A stretch of 64,000 nucleotides of DNA from Hyaloraphidium curvatum SAG 235-1 (taxonomy: Eukaryota > Fungi > Monoblepharomycota). Under the pieces are notes generated by a model, which saw nothing but the letters and a program-made list of their open reading frames with translations, ran no database searches and was not told the DNA's origin. This document shows, piece after piece, positions 46,788 through 57,211 of the stretch. The DNA lies in assembly GCA_025558095.1 (NCBI GenBank), contig JAIVFI010000013.1, forward strand, positions 124,001 through 188,000, written 5' to 3'. The position numbers and the translations under genes were made by a program. Position 1 is the first letter of the stretch, and each line of letters starts with the position of its first letter.

Positions 46788-48025
46788 ATGGCGACCCCGG
46801 TTTACTCCCTCGAGACGGTCTCCGCAAGGCCGCTCCATGCCTTGAACACCTTTCTCTCGTGGCTGACGGCCAAGCGGATCCCGATTCCCGTATCTCGGAT
46901 CCTTCCCTTCCTCCTCCCGCACCTGAGCGAGTCCAAGCGCGCCGACGTCCTCGCGGCCATTCCCAACGCGCTCGGCGTGCCTCCGGTCAACGGGGACCCT
47001 ACAATCTCGTTCTTTTTCTTCCTGCACGCGTCGGTGCTCACGCTGTGGTTCAAGGGCACCAAGGAAAAGGCCGACGGGAAGAGCGGACGGACGCGTTTCG
47101 GCGCGTGGTTCCAGGGATGGCTGGGCTTCATCACCATGAACATGATCGGCAACATCCTCGCAGGTAGCTGGGGCGCGTTGCCTCGTCCGGAGGGGAGGCT
47201 GACGATCGGATGTCTCCCCCGCCACAGGGATGCTAACCGCCAGGCCGCCGCTCATGCTCCTCAACAGCGAGATGCTCCCCGGCTACGCCGTTCCTTACCT
47301 TCTGATCTCCATCCTGGCCGAGTTCGGGCTCGACTTGCCGAAGATTGTGATGGGAAACGCGCAGCTCCGGTTCATCCAGCAGGTGGCCATGAACACGCTC
47401 AGCGGGTGGGTATCGCCGGCGTCCCTTTCGCTCATGGGCTAATGCCTGCTTCGCTCCCTTAGGATCGCCCAGACGATGGTCATTTCCGGCAACGCCGACG
47501 CGGCGCTCACCATCCCCGGCGTGCAGAGGTCGCTTCCCGGCCAGTTCGCCCTGTGCTTCATCGCCTCGACCGCCGGCGCCGCTGCGGTCGACGGCCTGGC
47601 CCTGCAGAAGCTGGAGTGGAGGTTCGCCATGCCCCAGGGGCTTAAGGAGGTGTGGAAGGACGGCTTCCTCTACGTCGTCCTCGGCACTGGGTCCGTCCTC
47701 TACATTGTGAGTATCTTCCCCAAAGGTTCTGCCAGGGACACGTCCACTGACTCGCGGCCCCTTTCAACAGGCCGCCGTGAACCAATGGGTCTCCCCCGCC
47801 GTCCGCCTCCTCGCGAACCTCCCGCCGAGCGAGAAGCCGGCGCCGGTCGTGGAGCCCGCCCTCGCGCGGCTGCTCCTCGTGCTGTGGATCGTCCCCGCCG
47901 TCCTGGCCAACTTCGCATTCATGCTTACCAAGGCGAACAGGGCGCCTGCCAGGGCCGAAAAGGCCAAGGCGCCGGAGAGGGAGCGGGCGAGCACGCCGCC
48001 CACGCCCGCAAAGGCGAAGAAGTGA
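46788..48025 (+). CDS. Multi-pass membrane protein, possibly TRIC/TMEM38-like
   Basis: Four exons with hydrophobic helices. GNILAGMLTARPPLMLLN and STAGAAAVD segments resemble TRIC repeats; the family call is tentative. Confidence 0.5.
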
Positions 48026-48166
48026 TCGGTGGGAAAGGGGCCATAGAAGGCGTAGTGTAGTGTGGCAATCGAGCTTGGTGGCTTGGATCGCTTGCGACCC
48101 ACGTTTCTTTCAGACCAGCGAAGGGATACATCATGCCAAGTTGTCTGCCTCGTCTTTTTCGCACTT

Positions 48167-50573
48167 CTAGTTGATCCTGCGCCCGCCGACCGCCTGCCAC
48201 TCCCTGTCCCTGAGCACGTTCTTGCGGATCTTGCCCGTCGCGGTCTTGGGCAGCTCCATCTCGAGCTGGATGCGCGCGGGGATCTTGAAGCCCGCGAGGT
48301 GCTTGCGGCAGTGCTGGATTAGCTCGAACTCGATCTCGCCGGGGGCGAACTGCTCGTGCTCGATCGCTTCCTGCTTCAAGACCACGAATGCCTTCGGCCG
48401 CTCGCCCCAAGTGTCGTCGGGCGTGGGGACGACGGCGACCTCGAGAACCTTCGGGTGCGACGCGATCACGTTCTCCACCTCGACCGTCGAGATGTTCTCG
48501 CCCCCGCTGATCACGATATCTGCATTTGGTGAGCACCAGCAGGTTCGTGGAAGCTCCATACCTTACCTTTTTGCCGGTCCTTGAGTGCGACGTAGCCGTT
48601 GGGTTCGCGCACGGCGAGGTCCCCGCTGTGGAGCCAGCCTCCCTTGAACGCCTTGGCCGTCGCCTGGGGATCGTTGTAGTACCCGAGCTTTGGGTTAGGT
48701 GGAGGGAAAGGTTGAGCGAGGATGCGGCGCAAGCACAAACAACTCAAACCATCGTGATGTTGCCTTTGTGGGTTTTAGGTGGAAGGAAAGGTTGACGGAG
48801 GATGAGGCGCAAGCACAGACAACTCACCTCGGAAGATGACCTCTCCCATCGTCTGCCCGTCTGCCGGGACATCGTTCATATTCTCATCCACCACGCGCAG
48901 CTCGTCCTGCATCGGGTAGTTCTGCCCCTGCATGGCCATCTCGTGCGCCAGGTCGGTGTAGTTGCCCTCTTCGACGTACTTGTCCCAGCTCTCCTGAGGG
49001 TAGCAGCGGGCCGCGGGTCCCAAAGTTTCCGTCATTCCTGAGCGCAGAAGCGTGGTTGGAGGAAGATATTCAGGGGGAGCGGAAAGCCGAGGCCCTGAGG
49101 CAACTCACCATACACGTGGACGACCTCCATGCCGAGCTCAGTCATCCGCTTGATTAGCGCAGGCGAGGGCGGCGAGCCAGCAACCATAACTCTGGAAGAA
49201 TGAGGAGGAGTCCGTTAGGCTTTACCTGGACCACCAGCACCGCGGCAGCACACGCACCTCATCGGGTGGTCGAGTTTCTTGGCGTTGGGGTTGGCGCAGA
49301 GGAAAGACTGAACCGTAGGAGCTCCGTTGTAGTGCGTGATCTTCAGATCGGTGAAGTAGGACCATATGAGGTCGTAGTCGACCTTCCGGAGGCATACGTG
49401 GGCACCACCCATGAGGGCAACGGCCCACGGGATACACCAGCCGTTGGCGTGGAAGAGCGGTAGGATCCAGAGGTAGCGCGTCTTCGTTGTGAAGCCCATC
49501 TCGAGCGTCTGGGCGATGGCCTCCATGAAACTCTGGCGGTAGGAGTCTGGAAGCGATCACCACTCGTCAGAGAGCGCCCAAGAGCCCGAAAGCCGTCGAA
49601 ACCCACGCATGACACCCTTCGGAGGCCCTGTAGTCCCCGAAGTATAGCAGAGAGAGATCAATTCATCCTCATTCTCGAGGACGTCAAAGCTCCACCAAGT
49701 CCTCGGCTCCGCTTCGCTGAGGACTGTCGCGTACTCGTCCTGCCCGACGATGCCCGTGTCTCCATCGATGATAACCCGCTCCACGCCCCATTCATTCATC
49801 TCCTCCTTGAGGTGGGCCAGGTCCTTGTCGACGACCGCGAACCGGGCCCCGGAATGCTTGATGATGTAGCTGATCTCCTCGCTCTTAAGGCGCGTGTTGA
49901 CGCAGATAATCACGCCTCCGGCTGCCCGTCGATAGAGATGAGAAACATAATGGGGCTCCAAAACAAGCCGAACACACCGAGCGGAACGGCGAAGTGGCCT
50001 TCGAGGATGGAAGGGGTGTTGGGGCAGACGTACGCTACGCGGTCCCCTTTCCTCAGCCCCATCGCCCTGAGGGCACTGGCGAAACGCAAAACGCGCTCGT
50101 TCATCTCCTTGTAGTTGTAGCTCCGGCCCTCGTGGACCACGGCGAGGTTCGTGGGCCATATCCTCGCGGCGCGCTCCAGCAGCCACGCCGGGTTCAGCTC
50201 GGTCCGGTACGGCTTAGACTGAAGGCTCTGCGGGATCTGCGAATCTAAACCAAGTGCATCAGAATGTCACGACGGTCTCTGGAGCTCAAAGGAACCCACA
50301 ATCGTTCTTGAGGCCGAAGGGGCCCAACTCGGCGACCTTCGCGGCCTCGGCCTGCCGTACGGCCCGCGAGACCGAGAAGCGGCGCGCAGATGACCTAATT
50401 CTCGTCGGCGAGGCGGTCACATCACGCGAAGCGGCAACTGCTTGCGTTCCGGTGACCAAGAGGGCGGTGCGGAATCTCTCCAACGCCCCGTTCACGGAGA
50501 CCGACGCCACAGCGTTTCCCGCCCGCCCCAAGAGGGCTGAGCGGTTGGCAACCAGCACTTTGGCTGTTGCCAT
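48167..50573 (-). CDS. AMP-binding acyl-CoA synthetase (AAE7/AEE21-like) with Arg/Ala-rich presequence
   Basis: YTSGTTGPPKG, LPLFHANGW, YGMTET, RGNITMLGYY (via microexon), WLHSGD, ISGGENISTVEVE, LPKTATGK. Seven introns. Confidence 0.92.
48688..48827 (-). repeat. Twin near-identical introns (48764..48827 and 48688..48749) flanking a 14-nt microexon
   Basis: gtgagttgtctgtgcttgcgcctcatcctccgtcaacctttccttccacctaaaacccacaaag versus gtttgagttgtttgtgcttgcgccgcatcctcgctcaacctttccctccacctaacccaaag. Confidence 0.9.
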
Positions 50574-50725
50574 TGTTGTCGAACAGCCCCCTTTTGCAGG
50601 CACCGCGAATGGACCGATTTGGGCGGAGGTTGCTGTCCCTGACGCAGCGCGGGTGGCAAGTGAGCCCATGTACATGCACGTCAACTGTCAACGCCCCGAA
50701 TGCCGCGCCCATCGAGTCACTCAAA

Positions 50726-51694
50726 TCAGGATTCAACGACGACATCGATTATCAGCCATTCTCCGTCTTTCCCGTCCATGTCCGTCACCGCCGCAACAGT
50801 TAGTTTTCGCGCGCGTCCATCGCTGGTATCCTCCATGACGCACACACCCTCCACCTTCCCGGGGTAGACATCTCCTTCGCGCCCGACGAAGAAGGGCTGC
50901 TGCCGCACCAGCACAGCAGAGCAGCTCCGATCCGGCCCAATGGGAGCCGGAATGAGTCCTATGAGCGACCCGTGCACCGTTCCGTCGTCCATCCCGTTCG
51001 GTGTGTCTTCCAACGTGGCAGAGAAGAGGATCTGAGGCGAACGAGTCCCTGGGAGAGTTCCGGCGCCGCTAAAGCCCGGGAGCAACCGTCCTTGTGTCGG
51101 CAATGCGTACGCCTTGACGACAAAAGGCGGCACTCGCGGCTCGTCGCGAAGTGCCGAGAGAAACGGGGCAAGAGGGAAGGAGACCTGAACATTCGGCACC
51201 CCGGCGTTGCCCCGCTGAAAGAAAAGGATCTCGCTGCCAACGACAGTGCAGCCTTCCAGATTCAGCGTCCCTTCTCCAACGACGTCCCGTCGCGACCGGA
51301 GCGCGTCGTAGATGTTCCCGATAAAGTACGTTTCGGAAACGAGGTTCTCGAGCGAGATGATGGCGGCCCAATCCCGATTCGGAGACAGCGAGCCCGATCC
51401 CGCAGCAAAGAGCGACTGCGGATACCCGCCCTGCGGGGGCAGCACGCACAGAAACTCAAAGTCCGGCTTCTCTGCCTTTGGCAGGCTCTCCAAGTCCACT
51501 TCCGACGCGTCAAGTTCGCCGAAAAGCGGTATCTTCCTCGTTACCCGCAAGCTGCGCGGGTCCATCTCATACAAGAAGGTCGAGGCATCACCGACGACGT
51601 AGGCCGGGCCATCGCGTCCGAGAAGCTCGACACCCGATGCAGCCGGGACCGGAAGCGGAAACGCGTCGCGCACCGTGGCACTGACGACCCTCAT
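50726..51694 (-). CDS. Bacterial-type beta-propeller-like protein (DUF6929-like)
   Basis: AASGV..YVVGD, KAEKPDFE, GSGSLSPNR, LNLEG, FFQRGN, ATLEDT..DDG..GS.IG, KVEGV, VTD.D. Intronless. Confidence 0.65.
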   Translation of the reverse strand: MRVVSATVRDAFPLPVPAASGVELLGRDGPAYVVGDASTFLYEMDPRSLRVTRKIPLFGELDASEVDLESLPKAEKPDFEFLCVLPPQGGYPQSLFAAGSGSLSPNRDWAAIISLENLVSETYFIGNIYDALRSRRDVVGEGTLNLEGCTVVGSEILFFQRGNAGVPNVQVSFPLAPFLSALRDEPRVPPFVVKAYALPTQGRLLPGFSGAGTLPGTRSPQILFSATLEDTPNGMDDGTVHGSLIGLIPAPIGPDRSCSAVLVRQQPFFVGREGDVYPGKVEGVCVMEDTSDGRARKLTVAAVTDMDGKDGEWLIIDVVVES

Positions 51695-51875
51695 CGCAAC
51701 CGCGTCGGCCGTTGATGTGAGGCCCAGACTCCAACCGGAGGCAAGTTCTCTCGAAACCGATTTCGCCAGCGCCCGCCACCCACTCCTCTATTTCAAATCT
51801 CGCTCGCACCCCGTCACGCTGCTCCGTCAATTGCCGTTGTTCGCGTTTCTCCTTCCGGCCCTTCTTCTTGCCGGA

Positions 51876-52868
51876 ATGGCCGCGCCCGCTGCCTCTCTTC
51901 TGTCGCGCCGGGCTCCCGTGCTGTTCGTGCCTCATGGCGGCGGTCCGATGCCCCTCATGGGCGACCCCGGGCATCGCGAACTCATCCGTGGGTCTTGCAA
52001 GCGACTCGTCACCCATATCTCCTGACATCTTGGTCAACGGCAGGCTTCCTGACGCAAGATGCGCCGCGCCACCTCAAGCTGCCCGACGGCAGTGATCCCG
52101 CGGCGGTGCTCGTGGTTACGGCCCACTGGGAGAGCCCTACGCCCGCCATTTCCTCGCAAGAGTCGCCCGGGCTCCTCTTCGACTACTACGGCTTTCCCGA
52201 GGAGACTTACCATTACAAATGGCCGGCACCCGGGTCACCGTCGATCGCGAAGGAGGCGGCCTCCCTCCTTAGCGCCGCGGGTTTCAAGCCCGTTCTTGAC
52301 ACCTCTCGCGGCAACGATCATGGTGTCTTTGTGCCGATGAAACTGGTTTTGCCGGAGCCCAAGATCCCGGTCGTTCAGGTCAGCGTTCTGGAGAGTTTTG
52401 ACCCCGAACAACACCTGGCGATGGGCAAAGCACTCGCCCCGCTGCGCGACAAAGGCATCGCCATCGTGGGATCCGGAATGTCATTTCATAACATGCAAGC
52501 GTTCCGCTCTTCGCGGTTCGGAAGCGGATCGGGCCCGGGGCGGAACGAGGCGTCGCAAGCTTTCGACACCGCCCTGACGGACGCCGTTCAGGCCGAGCCG
52601 GCCGCAAGGTGGCAGCTTCTCAAGGATTGGCAGCGGCTCCCCAAGGCGCGGTACAGTCACCCGAGGGAGGAGCACCTTCTGCCCTTGTTAGTCTGCGGTG
52701 GGTGTCTGTCCTCGCCTCCGGTCACGGACTCGAAACTGACGACTCCCAGCCGGAGCGGCAGGCGACGACGCTGGGACCAAGGTCCATGAGGAAGCATCGC
52801 TGGGAGGTTTCGTCCTGAGCGGCTTCAAGTTCGGGCCGTCGGAGGCGCCGAAAAAGGACGAGCTGTAG
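51876..52868 (+). CDS. LigB-family extradiol dioxygenase (4,5-DOPA dioxygenase/YgiD-like), ends -KDEL
   Basis: FVPHGGGP, VTAHWE, DYYGFP, DHGVFVP, GSGMSFHN, HPREEHLLPL. Two introns; last exon ...GFKFGPSEAPKKDEL*. Confidence 0.9.
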
Positions 52869-53434
52869 GAGATAGCCAGCGAATGTACTGAATGCCTTCG
52901 ATTGTCATTTTTGTCTCACTTTACGTTCCTTGCTTCCCCTGGCGGTTTTGGTGCTGGTGTTTGGAAGGGATGTTGACGTGCGAGGCTTCGATGGAGGATC
53001 ACCCGCCTGAAGCGCAATACAGCTCGCCCTGCAACCACAGCAACATAACTATCTACATTGCACTCTGCTCTTTCGTGCGAACTCCGTATGCAACGGGTGT
53101 TGTTGGCAGACGCAGGACACGGCGTTGCGGTGCCCGCAGGTGACTCGACATTACCAATCCCCACCAGGCGGAGAAGGCCACCCCTGCTTCTGCTCGACCT
53201 GTGCACCTGAAGACGGAGAAGAAGCGACTCCTGGACAGTTAGGATAGTAATTTCATCCATCCGAACTGTTTTCGATGTAATACTGCGTCGGCGGGGTGAA
53301 GTTCAATGGATGGGTCTTGGGCGACAGTTCGAGTCGACTCCCGCCGGTCCCCTCGAAACGACATTGTCCTGAATGACTCCCGCGCCGACAAACCCGTGCT
53401 CGGCATTCGCTCTGCTCACCCACGCTTTTGCACA

Positions 53435-54758
53435 ATGCTGAATCTGAAGGCTCTGCTCCGCCCGAAGCCCTTCGGGGGCCCCACGCCCCGCACCGGCCTC
53501 CCTCCTCGCGCCGCCTCCCCCGCGCCGCCCAGCACGCCGCCCCCCGTCGACGCCAAAGCACGCCTCGAGGGCAAGTACGAGCTTGGCAGGGTTCTCGGTT
53601 CCGGAAAGTTCGGTGCGTGTGGCGGACCGCGCGCCTCCAGGTCGTGTGCGAACGCCGTACCGAGGCAGCCACCGTCCGGCTTGTGACAGACCACGCAACG
53701 GGCAAGAAGTATGCCGGGAAGGCAGTCGGTGCGTCCGTTTCGTCTTAACTCTTGTTTGTGATCTCCGGACTGATCTCTGGCCGCCGCCAGACCGCAAGAA
53801 GATCAAAAAGGAGGCCGACGTCCGCGAGGAGGTCGCCGTCCTATCCAAGGTCGACCATCCCCACCTCGCCCACATCTACGAACGCATCGAAACGCCGACG
53901 GACATCTGGCTCGTTCTCGATCTCGCCGAAGGCGAGCAAAAGCGAACGGCTGCATGCGATCGAGGCGTCTCACACCCACCTCTTGCAGGTGGCGAACTGC
54001 TGCAGCACATCATGTCCCGGGCACCCTTTGAGGAAGCCGACGGAGCGCACATCACGAGGCAGATCGTCGAGGGGATCGAGTACCTCCACCGCCTCGGGAT
54101 CGTTCACCGCGACCTAAAGCCCGAGGTGAGCAGTCCCGCGGTCGCCAGAGGACGGGCCTGATCATGCGCTCTTCGGCGCGTAGAACATCTTGTTCAAAGA
54201 CCCGGGCAGCCACGACATCCTCATCACCGACTTTGGCTTCTCTCGCATCGTCGGCTCGGCGCGCTGCCTCGAGACCATTTGCGGCACTCCCAGCTATATG
54301 GCCCCCGAGATCCTCAGCGGTTCTGGTCACGGCCTCGAGGTCGACATGTGGGCGATCGGTTGCATCACCTGTAGGTTCTCTCGGGCCGTTGACGATTGTG
54401 GCGGTGTTCCTGACCGACTGCACCGCCAGATGCCATGCTCTCGGGCTTCCTCCCCTTCGCCGCCGACTCGCAGGTCGATCTTTTTGCCCTCATCCGCTCC
54501 GCATCCTTCTCGTTTCCGGACGATCTCTTTTCGGACGTGTCGTCGGAGGCCAAGGACTTCATCTCGCGATGCCTCGTCGTCGCCGTCGGAGCGAGGCCGG
54601 GATCCTGGGACCCTGTGCGAATCAGGGCGAAGGAGGCGCTGCGCCATCCGTGGCTGGACATCGGAGCGAAGCTGCTGGACGCCGATCCCGGAGACTCGAT
54701 GAAGATCAGCACGGCGCGGTGCAAGGCCCCTGCGAGCCTGGTTCTCGTTGTAGCTTGA
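53435..54758 (+). CDS. Ser/Thr protein kinase, CaMK1-like
   Basis: LGSGKFATV, YAGK, HRDLKPEN, DFG, CGTPSYMAPE, DMWAIG, EALRHPW. Five introns; the 3' end is uncertain. Confidence 0.88.
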
Positions 54759-55095
54759 CTGCAGCTTCATGGCGCGGCACTTCCATTTGCTGGAGCGCCT
54801 TTTCTCACTCGATACTTGGATGGATGCCAATCGTGTAGGAAGATCGGCAGGAGTCATGGTGTGCACGGGATGGGAAGTAGATAGCTTAGTGGAGGTGTGC
54901 AGGACACAAGGATCGAAACAGAAGACAGATGCAGCCGAAATAGCTTGGATCCGTGGAGGTCGTTGGGGAGCAGCGCCTCCGGTGCGTGGCTATCATCGCG
55001 TCCCCAACGCAGATAGCACCGGACCCACGCGTTGCACGCGTTCCGCCTTCTCATCGCTCCGTGCACGCGCTCCGTCTGCTCATCGCGCCACGGAA

Positions 55096-55476
55096 ATGGA
55101 GCAGGCGCGCGCCCCCACGCTAGAACTGAAGGACTACGCGCTGAAGACTCTTGGGAGAGACTTCTCGTTGCTCGAGACCAGCTCCCCCGTCGCCGAGTCG
55201 TTCCGGGCAAGCTCCTCGTCGTCCGTCGGGTCGCCAAGGACGGCCGAAGCGAACGGTGCGGGGACGACCGCCTCTCTGGGCCGGAAGAGGCAGGACGAGC
55301 TTCCCCCCGAAGTGGACGACTTTGCCGAGGCCGCGCAGCTGCCCCTGTTGCAGAGGATCAGTTCCCTTGAGCGGATCGTGTCGGAGAAGGACAGGGAGAT
55401 CGAGGGTTTGAAGGCTCAGGTGGCCGAGCTGCTGGCCAAGGCGGAGACGCACCAGGACGAGTCGGGCGATGGCTGA
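55096..55476 (+). CDS. Small hypothetical coiled-coil protein
   Basis: ATG at 55096; C-terminal heptads LQRISSLERIVSEKDREIEGLKAQVAELL. Confidence 0.5.
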   Translation: MEQARAPTLELKDYALKTLGRDFSLLETSSPVAESFRASSSSSVGSPRTAEANGAGTTASLGRKRQDELPPEVDDFAEAAQLPLLQRISSLERIVSEKDREIEGLKAQVAELLAKAETHQDESGDG

Positions 55477-55577
55477 AGGGTTGACAGATGGACAGCGCGG
55501 ATGAAAGTGAAAGCTGAGCTAATGGTCATCATTGGTGGTATTGACGGTATTGTAAAGGCATAATCTCGTTCCTGAAT

Positions 55578-57009
55578 TCACGTTTCCATTGCGTCTGGTT
55601 GGTGGGACGCCACGCTCGGCGCCCCGGTGACCGATTGCGCAACGTTCCCATTCGCCGGCGCGTCCGGCCCGACGATCGACAGCAGCTTCCACTCGCCGAG
55701 GTAGTTGGCTTCGGTCGCCATGTCAGTCGGCCCTTGAAGGAGCCCGATCGCGGCACCCACCCTTCCACAGCCTGATCCTGCCGTCGTCCCCGCTGCTGCT
55801 GACCACCGTCCCGCTCACGTTCCACTCGCACCGCCAGACCTCGCTCCCGTGCGCGTCGACATCGGCGACGCACTCCACGACGAAGCCGGCGACGGGGTTG
55901 GCGTTGGGCGTCAGCCGGAATATGCGGAAGTGGTTGTCCTTGCAGGCCGTGGCGATGAGGTGGTACGATCTGCCCAGTCGAAACAAATGTCAGCTCTGGC
56001 AAGCCTTTTTCCCAAAAGAACCAACCTCCCGACGTTCGGCGCCCACGAAACGTCGTGAACGAGGTCCCCGTGCCCCCCCAAGATCTCGCACGCCCCCCAC
56101 TCCCTCTTCTTCGACACCATCGCGCCTGACCCGCCCTGTCCGGCGTCCCCCGCCGGCGCCCCCGATCCCACCCGGAAGACGCGCGCCACGTTCTCCTTCC
56201 CGCACCCGATGGCCAGCATGGGCTGGTCATCCCCGGATTTGAACCCGTAGAGGTTCGGACACCAGCTCAGGCAAAAGTGGCCGTCCGATTCGCGGTTCGG
56301 GAAGGAGGAGGGGTTCTGGAGGATCGCGAATTCCTCCATGAGCGTCCAGGAAAAGAGGTTCATCGTGTCCATGGCTTCGTAGATACGGCACATGCCGTCG
56401 GCCGATACCGAAGCCTGAATGGGACGCGAAGTTGAGCAATTCTAGACCTTCCGAAAACGTTGAGACTCACAAGCTTCAGGCCGACGTTGTTCGGCGCGAA
56501 TTCCACGTCATGAACGCTCCCCTTGGAATCGGCCAGGCGAGCACGCTCCGCCCACCGCTTCCCGCTGCGTTTCGGTTCGTTCTCGCACTCCTCCCACACC
56601 TTCACCGTCCTATCGAAGCTGCAGCTGGCGAAGCATTGCCCGTACTCGGGGTGCGCCCACGAGACCTTGAGGATCGACGAGTCGTGCGCCTTCCACGAGT
56701 CGTTCAGGACCCAAGCCCCCGTGGCCTCGTCCAGGTCCCAGATTTTGATCCTCTGGTCCGAGGAACACGTGATGATCCTCTTCCCGTACCAGTCCGTCGC
56801 GATGTCGTGGATCAGATCCTCGTGCTGCCGGGGCGGTCGAAGAGAGCTGGTCAGGTCCCGCCCAAAGCGCGGGCCGAGACGCGTTCCGAAGCTTACCCCG
56901 GCATTAAACTACGCGTTTCGAGCGGAAGCAGAGTGAGATCCCGGTCAGCGGAAGGGGAATGGGCAGCGGCGCGACGGTCGACCTTGTAAACAGGCTCATA
57001 GCTTGCCAT
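55578..57009 (-). CDS. SEH1: Nucleoporin/GATOR2 subunit SEH1 (WD40)
   Basis: Spliced [71 protein letters not shown]. Includes a 12-nt microexon at 56897..56908. Confidence 0.92.
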
Positions 57010-57211
57010 CGCCCGTCCCGCGGCCCGGAGGCCCGACTGCTCGAGACGGGTGGCTTCTGCGCACTCTGCGGTCACGCCACCGCGATAGCGCGGCGGTTTA
57101 GACGCGGCAAAGGGCACGGGAGTACTTGTCCTTCGGCGCGCGTCCCGCAGCGCGGGCAAACACCACGAAGCGGGCGTCTCCCTCAACCTCGGCCCGCGAA
57201 TCGGCTGCAGA

